The position numbers were made by a program, and so were the translations under genes. 61,097 bases of DNA from Octopus bimaculoides. Lineage: Eukaryota. Shown piece by piece: positions 51,880 through 61,097 of the stretch. Positions within the stretch are counted from its first letter, which is position 1, and each line of letters opens with the position of its first letter. The notes under the pieces were generated by a model, which was given only the letters and a program-made list of their open reading frames with translations, was not told the DNA's origin and did not search any database. Location of the stretch: NCBI RefSeq assembly GCF_001194135.2, contig NC_068988.1, forward strand, positions 70,880,706 to 70,941,802. The letters run 5' to 3'.

Positions 51880-52770
51880 TCCTCTTGCTGATTATATATT
51901 CTTTCTGTTTAACATGGTTATGATGGTATCTATATTGGGGAAAGTAGTATACGAGATTCTAACTGTCTTACGGGAAAATATTCTGTTATATATATGGCAA
52001 ATAGAGAACTTTTTATCCAAAATTGCCATAAGTTTCTTATATATGTTGGTGGATATGGCACAGTTGAAGGGAACGTTATACTAGACAAAATCACTATTTT
52101 CAGGCCTCTTACGTATATAATGACAGAATTTACCTACTCTTTCACCTCCCCTAATTTAGTACATACGAGAGTAGTTAGCTTTGAGCTGTGGTACGAGCTT
52201 GAGTGTAAACAATATAATTAATTAGTCATTTGAAATGGGTTGTGTTCTGATAGCAAATCTGTTAAATAATTTGAATGTAGTAAATATATGTAGCAAAAAT
52301 AACGGAAATGAGTAACTTGAGTAAAACTTGATTTTGTGTTCAGGTATATTGGATTATATTTAGCTGAGAATAATGTGTGAGCGAATCTAAATGGAGAGAA
52401 TGAGTGTCAAGTGAATGAAATTACATTAGATTGTGAGAGCATAGGATTAGACTTAGCTGTTGGAGTTTGAGAAATGTATTGCATTTAGATTCGTTGTGAG
52501 TATATGAACTTGCATCAACTGGAATAATGTTAAACTGTTTTGTGTAGAACATGTAGTGGATTAAGTTGGAGGTGAATTGAATCGTAGGTTGGATTTAGTG
52601 AGATTTAAAGTTGCTTACATAGAATGGTGAATGGAAATTTAATTAGATAGATTGTGAAAACATTACAGCGATTTATATTCTGTAGCTTGTGAATATATCT
52701 ATAATATCTAAAAAGTATTTACCGGTGGATTTGGAGTTTGGATGTTAATAAATGCCATATGCACTAATGG
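51880..52770 (-). mobile_element. Two heavily decayed Penelope-like linker fragments (third lineage)
   Basis: NVPFNCAISTNIYKKLMAILDKKFSICHIYNRIFSRKTVRISYTTFPNIDTII (~52095-51935) and STGKYFLDIID (~52725) resemble the PLE linker WFNPPF..TNIG..FL..DKHFP...IFNRNT.K.SY...N. Confidence 0.5.
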
Positions 52771-53654
52771 AATATGAATAAGAATCATTTCGACAAGGAA
52801 ATCGTTTGATACGACATCAGTTTCAGATCGAAAATCACAATTCAATCATTGCATAAAAGGATATTATGGAATATTATATTTCAAAGTAGAATCGTACTAG
52901 GTTCCAATTATTATATGAAATTTGAGCTGTCTAAAACTGTTTATTTGTTTATACAGGGGTGCATGAGTTAGTAATACTGTCTCCATGCGAGTTAAACCTG
53001 TTCTGTATACGTAAGCTTGTGATATACAATCTGTGTAAGCATCAAATATTTCGTGTATGTATACTAACAGGTTTTGTGAGTGTAAATGTAAATTAACGAA
53101 AGAAAGCTTCTGCCTGTTGCACGCACGTGTCTGTGTACATTCGTGGAAAATATGTGAGTATATAGCCATGCATTGAGATTCGAGCTCAAAATCAGACTCC
53201 TCTGATCCTCTAATTCATCTGCTATCTCTGTCACACACCTCAACCCATCCAAACAGCATCAGTAACTTGAGTTCCTCGAGTTCTCACTTTGTCACTGTAA
53301 GTTATATTCTTGTATATACTGAAGTTATACTCTTGTATATACAACTTCTGACACGTATACTCCTCCCTCACTGACACTGCAGAATCATTTGCTAAGCCTC
53401 ACTGTAATATAACGAATGAACATATACTACGAATACAGGAGAGAGTCACCCGTCACTACTATGCACAAGGCTTTTAGCCATCACTCAAGCACCTGAGGAA
53501 TTACCATTAGAAGCGCAATGGAATCATTTACACGTCGATTGGCTTCTAAGCATTCACGCCTAGCCAGAAGCAGGGATTTCTTGTGCCTTAAAATTCTCCA
53601 ATTTCATGGAAACTCTCAGACTGTAAAGAATCTTCATATGAACACGTTATGAGC

Positions 53655-54245
53655 AATTAGACTAGAATTGATTAGGTTTAGTAAGGCATTAATGATAGAA
53701 AGGAATAGAATAGAGCCAAACTTAGAAACTTAGAAGAGGCGTTTCTGAAAGGCATCGCAGCGAGATCGGCCAGGACCAATTCTTCAACACTAAGCACGAA
53801 GGATGCATTGTCAGAACTAAGGTGCATGCTCTAGAAAATGAGGGAAAGAAGACCGCTTGATGAGCCCGAGTGACAGAGGTGCCACGTTGCAAGAAAGCCA
53901 CTATTCGGTCTTTGGTGGATCATGAAGGGCACACGGTACTCGAGCCTGAGCAGATGTGTGCGGCATTTCAGCATCACATCGCCCAACTGTTTGGGATGAA
54001 TTACAGGCCGGACGCAGGATGAACTCCAGGGCTGATCACGACGGTATGCCACGACTCTCGGCAAGAGAGGATGGAGCGTTGGGAAATGCCAATAACAGCC
54101 ACGGAAATACAGAATGCGATGATGGGCTGCTCAGGGGGAAAATCGCCTGGTTTAGATGATTGCCCAACGTGCTTTACTTTTACATGTCAGACTTGTTTGG
54201 CAGCTTCTTAGCAGATATTTATTGCAACTGGTAATAGAGCGGGAG
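53655..54245 (+). mobile_element. Tx1-like ORF2 linker fragment
   Basis: AIRLELIRFSKALMIERNR, EQMCAAFQ, PITATEI, KSPGLD, MSDLFGSFLADIYCNW; homologous to 11635-12110. Confidence 0.85.
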
Positions 54246-54390
54246 AAAGGCTTGGGGATGTGGGTTCGAGTCGCATGCCTGTTTGTTGACAATTTTGTTT
54301 GCCTTGTATAGGTAATTTACCCAGTATTTCTGATGTTCTAACGGCATTTCTGTGTTCGAAAACATATCTTTTTCTTGTTTGTGTTGTGCA

Positions 54391-54433
<43 letters not shown>

Positions 54434-54436
54434 TAT

Positions 54437-54497
<61 letters not shown>

Positions 54498-55312
54498 CGT
54501 GAATACATGCATACAGGTATATGTGCATACATACATGTATGTATCTATGCAAAAAATATTTTTACCATTGGTAGTGACAGAAGTAGTAGCAGCAAATGTT
54601 GCAGGGGTAGTATTAGGTTCTGTAAAAACTGTAATTCAAACAAATATTCTAGCAATAATACATTTCTCATATTTTTCTGGGAAATTTCGAGTGAATATGT
54701 TTTTAATTCCAAAGGCAATAAACTCACAGAGTTTTAAGTAATAGAAACAAATAAACGAAGCTATTTCCAAACCATTGTGCACAACATCAAACATTATTTC
54801 TCTCCAGAAATATATAAATAGACATTATTTCTCCCGTAACTTTTACCAACCTTTTATGTAATCCCTTGAGAATCCATTTGCAATTTTATCATTTAGTTTA
54901 CTCTTCAGAACAATCTACTTTTGAATATTTCTCGTGAAATTACAAAAGAACGGCTTTCGGGGCTGTATTATATCAAAACCAATGATGTGTAATTCTTCGA
55001 TAAAGTATATACGAAAGTTTTGTAGGTGTAGGGGTGCGTGTATGTGTGTCTGTGTGTCTGTGTGTCTGTGTCTGTGTCTGTGTGCGTGTGTGTGTGTGTT
55101 CAGGAATTTTGTATACCATGTAATCTGCTCTGAATTTAAGTGGCTAATAATTTTAATAATCTATAAGTCTTACTTTAGATAAATGTCATTTTCTTCATAA
55201 CATTTGTTTCACTCAATTGTCATGATTCATAATTTGTACCCATATGTGTGTGTGTGTGTGTACCTATATATGTGTATATGCTATTTATATATTTATATAT
55301 ACTATATATATA

Positions 55313-55347
<35 letters not shown>

Positions 55348-55381
55348 NNNNNNNNNNCATCATCGTTATTGTTTATATATA

Positions 55382-55417
<36 letters not shown>

Positions 55418-55432
55418 TGTACGTATGTGTAT

Positions 55433-55830
55433 AGGCGTAGGTGTGGTTGTGTGGTAAGAAGCTTGCTTCCCAACCACATGGTTCCGGGTTCCGTCCTACT
55501 GCGTAGCAACTTGGGCAAGTGTCTTCTACTGTAGCCTTGGTCCAACCAAAGCCTTGTGAGTGGATTTGGTAGACGGAAACTGAAAGAAGCTTGTCGTATA
55601 TGTGTGTGTGGCTGTGTATGTCTTTGTGTCTGCTGTGTTTGTCTCCTCATCACCGCTTGACACCCAGTATTGGTGTGTTTACGTCTCTGTAACTTAGTGG
55701 TTCAACAGAATGGAACGATAGAATAAGTACCAGGTTTTAAGGTCGATTTGTTCGTCTAAAACCTTTCAAGACAGTGCTCCAACATTGCCGCAGTCAAATG
55801 ATTACAGTAAGTAAAAGAATAAAAGAAAAT
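55433..55830 (+). mobile_element. Full-length SINE family B
   Basis: tRNA-like head (aggcgtaggtgtggttgtgtggtaagaag...ggttccgggttccgtcc), body cttgggcaagtgtcttctact...ggatttggtagacggaaactgaaagaag, internal TG tract and A-rich tail. Confidence 0.88.
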
Positions 55831-55944
55831 ATTACTATATATTGGCTATTTTATACTTCTTTTATTCTTAAAAATTAAGATAAACAAAGTTCTTTTTTAA
55901 TCTAAAATATACTCTCTTGCATTTTCTGCAATGCTCTTCTATCT

Positions 55945-56926
55945 ATTTGGTAGGCTTGCAAAGTCCCTCTTCCAAAATTCACTTGTACGTGTCGAAAAAT
56001 ACTCCTCCAGTAGTTCTGACCTCGTCTACAGAATTCATATTTTTTCCGTCCAAATGATTTTGAAGAGTGAGGAATAAATGATAATCAGATGGGGTAATGT
56101 CCGGCGAATATAGTGGATGGGGCATCGTTTCCCATTCAAAATGCTCCAACCTTTGGAATGTCATCCTCGCCCTATGTGGCCTAGCATTGTCCTGATGGAA
56201 GAACACTTTTCGTCTTCAAAACAAAGATGGTCGTTTTTCTTCTAGCGCTGACTTCGGCCACTCAAGCTGCTCGCAGTAGATCTCCATTGTTATCGTTTGG
56301 TTTGGGTTAAAAAGTTCAAAGTGGACTAAACCTTTCATATTCCACTAAAAAGACTACACTTTACGTAGGTAAAGATCTTTAACCTGCGGTGCAGGCATTT
56401 CTCCTTTCTCTACTCACTGTCTTCGGCGCTTGACATTTTTATAGAGAACCCATTTCTCGTCACCATTCACTCCAAAAAAGTTTCATTCGTTAGAAGTGAC
56501 AGCAAAGAAGAGCACACATTCACTCTCTGTGCAGGGTTTACAGGACGTCCTCGTCGAACTCTACAGACCTTCCAGGACAAAACCCGCATTTTAGGCTATA
56601 GGTTGCAGCTCAGAATTTCTGGAACCACCGTTCACACTGGCTTACGCTTACTGTCCGATCCCCATATACTGCATTAATATATCTCGCACTTTCCGTCGCG
56701 TTTTTACCCTTATTGAACTCATAAAAAAAATATGCCGAATATACTCCTTTGTCACTTTCATTATAGCTTTGAAAAAGCAACTGTTAAAGTCGAACTGCAC
56801 TCTTCAAAGCTTGCACTAAGAATAAATGCATTTGCAGCAGGTTCACGCGGATAGTTTATCCCGACCGCCTCCGACTTTTAGTTCATGCAATTGAAAACAC
56901 CGAATTATTTATGGGATGACCCAATA
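55945..56926 (-). mobile_element. Decayed mariner (DD34D-type) element with 5' TIR
   Basis: FFHQDNARPH...WETMPHPLYSPDITPSDYHLFLTLQNHLDGK. TIR-like tattgggtcatcccataaataatt at ~56903-56926. Confidence 0.88.
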
Positions 56927-57419
56927 TATACACGAAACATTGTACAAGGACCACATTTGAAAGAGTAAAAGTTGACAATAAACGTTAAATATGTATGTTT
57001 TGCGTGTTTATTTCAATCCTCTCAGCATACTGTATACTTTTAATTGATAGGAAAAGTTATCCGCCCTCTCTTTCCTTTTTTAAATACACACATACACTCA
57101 TATACAAACATTTACATAGGAAAACACATTTACACACAGGTCGACATACACACGTACATACAAACAAACACCCTTGCATACATACAATCACAGTCAAACG
57201 GACACGCGAACTGAAACTTCATAATTCAACAAATATATATAAAGAACACACTGTAACATTTTTTTTCTTTTTTGCTCTTTGGTCAGTTATTTCCTATTTG
57301 CTTCTATCTAGAAATCAAAGGAAATGACTACTATTCCCTTCAAACTTTACTTTTGTGACCCAGACATCAATGTTTTGAAACTGACCTATTTTCCATTACA
57401 TTTTAGACATATTCAGAGC

Positions 57420-57612
57420 TGTGTTGCTCATGCAGAAATATCGTTAAAGCAAATATTCTGCTCAATACCACAGATTTTCTTGTCAGTTACTTGACCTTAA
57501 CCACTTTTGCATGTCCCTTATTGGCCGACAATATGTACATCTCTGATCATGAGAAAGAGTAGTGGTGGGGCAGCATCATAACCATGTGTTGTGAGGAGTT
57601 CCTTGGGATCTG
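57420..57612 (+). mobile_element. Family D fragment
   Basis: Collinear with ~22740-22930. Confidence 0.7.
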
Positions 57613-57739
57613 GGTAAATGTAAGAAAAGAAAAGTTTTATGGAAAGATTAGCCTTTTTTCATACTTTCTAAGATAAGCAAATAAGAAATTACAGTTGCTA
57701 CCCAAGGACACAAGTCATGTTACACCGTGCAATATAACT

Positions 57740-58360
57740 ACTAGATTGGACTAACTAATGGGGTTTGAAGTGGTCAGCCAAACTCTTCTTGGTGATATCT
57801 CATATTAGCTGTAACCAGTGGACGGATACTGGGCACCGCATACATTTTTACATTTTTTGACTGGCTTCAGGCAACTATCTATACCTAGGTGAAAAGCTAT
57901 TGATACTTTCTTGAATATCTAATTCAGATGTTACATTAGAAGACCGCATATATTTAAGGTGCATTTAGTTTTGGCTTTCCATTTCTGATAGCTGTATTCA
58001 GTGGAGACAACGATCAATTATTATGACAAGGACTGCGGATAGAAATGTGGAGAATACATTTACAGTAACAATACATCCCATTCTTTGCTCTCAAACACTC
58101 AATACCTCTGTCATTGCTTCACAGCGTTAGTCGAATAAAGGTGACATTTCTCTTTCTTTTCTTCCAGAGAATATCCAAGCATAAATCTTTCTACGAGATA
58201 GAAATCACATTTATATGTCTAATATTGTCATGATTAACAATTCATTTCGGAGTATTCTTGTCAAAGCCTTCCGGAGAATGAATAGTAGACCGATGTGTTT
58301 ACGAGTTCCTCAACCCATCCCGTAAGCAGTTGCAATTCTAAATCTATGAAGTCGGTTTAG
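57740..58360 (-). mobile_element. Highly decayed RTE/LINE reverse transcriptase remnant
   Basis: TAYGMG*GTRKHI, LFI-LRKA(F)D...RNELL, GCIVTVNVFSTFLSAVL (compare QGCVLAPTLFSIFFSA), and tttggctgacc (FGLT-like), in RT motif order with frameshifts. Confidence 0.55.
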
Positions 58361-60245
58361 TTTTCGCTACACCGTGCTAAACTATGTGAATATGGTAACA
58401 GTGAATATAGGAAGGAATCTTTAATTGTCATTGCTTGTAGTGGACAGATGATGAATTGTATAAGAACCATTATTACCATAAGAAACTCATTCAATTGATA
58501 AAAAGTGAAAACGAATTCACTGCAAAAATATAAAGCCAATGTTATATCAAATAAGAGAAAATATGTCGAAAGTTGTCATAAGTAGCCACGGGTAATATAT
58601 AAATTTTTAACTGATAACATGATAAATGAAAATTCTGTAATGTATAATGCATTGAATACATCACTTCCTTCAGGTGTTTTACCATGCATTTAAAACGTCG
58701 AAACGGTTTATAATGTAAGCCATTGGTTTATAAGTCTGGTTGCTCGGATTTTGTGGCGAGTATATTCCCCCTCCTTGGGGTAGTATACCGGTCCGCCAAA
58801 GGATATTGGCAGGCCGAGTTCCTTGGATCAATTTCAATTCAAATGATTTGAAAGGACATAACTCTTATCTCCCTTCCTTCCAAACTTCTTTTTTTCTTTT
58901 CTTCTCGTTGTCTCGTAATGTCTCATTCTTTCTCGCTTTTTCTCAGAAAGCCGACATGCTTAGTTTGGGCAGGAAAGAATGCAGGATAGTACACAGGACG
59001 CTATAAAAGGTTTTCGGATTAATTCCTATCGAAATAGGAAACTTATTGTAGCTCACATTTTAATCCTGTTATTTCCTTAAGTATAAGTACAAGCTGAGGC
59101 AACAGAGAGGAGTTTCAGGATCAAATCTTCAGACAGTTGAAATGCACAAGTCTCCGATATCCAGTCGTTAAAAACTGTCAGCAGATGGGCACCCAGCAGT
59201 CACGACCTGGATGCTGCCTGACCCCATCCACCTCCCACCCGTCCTTAAAGTGTAAGAATTTAAGGACCGAAACACTTGCTTTAGTGGTGGTCCTTTTTTG
59301 AAAACCTTCTGCTGTTATATATATATATATATATATAATAGTCCAGCACGTGTTTCGAACGTACCAGCTGCATATTGTTACATATTCATATGCTGCGATT
59401 TATGTATTATTAGTACGATCTCTTCAGGGCATATAATTATGACATTTTCCGAAAAGGGATTTTCCTCTGCTATTCGTTTAAATTAGGTTTGGTAATAGCA
59501 AAGCCATAACATTCTTGTGACATTCGTCAGTGAGATTTTTATACACACACACACACACATATATATATGAATATACGCATATATATATATATATATATGG
59601 ATATATGTATATGTGTGTATAATTGTGTCTATGTATGAGTGTATGTATACGTATGGTCATCTGTGCGTGTATGTATAAATATAGCAATAATAATAATAAT
59701 CCTTGGATGGAATTTATAAATATTTTAATGCAACGCTACACGCTTCTGTACGCGCCCCAGAATCTGGTACTGCCAGTTGGCATCATTTAGCTGTATCCGC
59801 CTATATAGAATAGGAACTTTTATATGCATATTGAAAATGTTTCCCGTAACCGAACATAAAGCGTGTGTGTGGCGGAAGGGAAAATGAGATGCTAAAGGAA
59901 TAAACAATTGTCTTTTGAACTTCATTGGCTTACAGTAGTTTCTGCTACAAGATGCAGTGGACTCATACTTGGATTCCGAGTAATACCTTCCAAACCTCAG
60001 CCGTGAAGTGCAATTTAATTGGAAAACATTTACATTCATGCATATACACACAAAGGAATTACCGATGAGAAAACACGCACGTTTGTGAGGAAAGAAATCT
60101 CCAGAATCAGAATAAGATTAATTCTATAGTGTATATAAGGGTAAGTATACTCAGATGTAAAGAACCAGTAATTAGAACTCTCAGTAAAATGAATTTGTGT
60201 ACATATATACATATATGTATATATATATATGTGTGTGGGTGGGTG

Positions 60246-60286
<41 letters not shown>

Positions 60287-61097
60287 GTGTGTGTGTGTGT
60301 GTCTGTGTGTGGGTATATATATGTATATATATGTATATGCATATTATAATTTACAACAAACAGTAAGTTGTAATTATAGTACTCGACGTTTCGAACGTCG
60401 GAGCGAAGAGCTACGATGCATTCTCGTCGGCTATTAATGGCAATAGACGCTATGAAAAATCCGTTGAATAAAAGGGAAGTTACTATAATAGGTAGAAAAG
60501 GAAGAAAAGAAATATGTGTGTATATATATATATTTATTTATANNNNNNNNNNNNNNNNNNNNNNNNNNNNNNNNNNNNNNNNNNNNNNNNNNNNNNNNNN
60601 NNNNNNNNNNNNNNNNNNNNNNNNNNNNNNNNNNNNNNNNNNNNNNNNNNNNNNNNNNNNNNNNNNNNNNNNNNNNNNNNNNNNNNNNNNNNNNNNNNNN
60701 NNNNNNNNNNNTATATATATATATATATATATATGTATATACATACATATATATGTGTGTATGTATATGTATATATATGTATGTATCTTATAATAAAAAT
60801 AGATACATAAGGGTGGAAAACCACAGGAATAATACCGTATGTCCAACGCAAGATATAATATGTGTATTCAATTCCTTCAAGAATCAACAAACAAGCCCGT
60901 CTTTATGTATTGTTAACATAATACATAATTATACAAAAATTACAGTATATAAGTATGTATGTATATATATATATATATGTGTACGCAACTTCATCATCGT
61001 ATACACATAGGTGTTTGCATGCATACACATAATATAATGCATATATATTTAGACATTTATACATATAAATATACATATAAATATACGTATATATATA

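Noticed and set aside
58168-58321. Apparent first coding exon with a mitochondrial-presequence-like MSNIVMINNSFRSILVKAFRR...
   Set aside because: It is the antisense of a decayed RT (KAFD and QGC-like motifs on the minus strand). Exonisation is not excluded but is unsupported.
59960-60050. VWKVLLG on the minus strand (TBC-domain-like)
   Set aside because: No upstream acceptor or LR motif, and a stop follows within three codons.

Overview
AT-rich, microsatellite-dense animal genomic DNA with eight N-gaps (9482-9680, 24530-24692, 26270-26308, 33253-34121, 44974-45676, 46791-47746, 55348-55357, 60543-60711). The tRNA-derived SINE families and repeat density look like an octopus (coleoid cephalopod) genome; this is my pattern recognition, not a database result. 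I found no intact host protein-coding gene, rRNA, true tRNA or CRISPR array. The long X-rich ORFs are gap artefacts and most short ORFs are microsatellite translations. Recognisable coding sequence is all decayed transposon: six R4/Dong-like restriction-like-endonuclease (RLE) non-LTR fragments, L1-clade Tx1-like pieces, about three lineages of Penelope-like elements, RTE remnants, mariner, a DD37D (maT) element, a Chapaev3-like element, a foldback MITE and many SINEs. The window is probably intronic or intergenic, with a possible promoter/first-exon zone at about 2.9-3.95 kb. Most notable: retroelement junctions that repeatedly coincide with microsatellites, two internally deleted (bipartite) LINE derivatives, a ~0.5-kb inverted duplication enclosing 2.5 kb, and a speculative 44-aa secreted Cys-peptide ORF. 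I cannot support a claim of a new biological system. Element boundaries are by-eye estimates.
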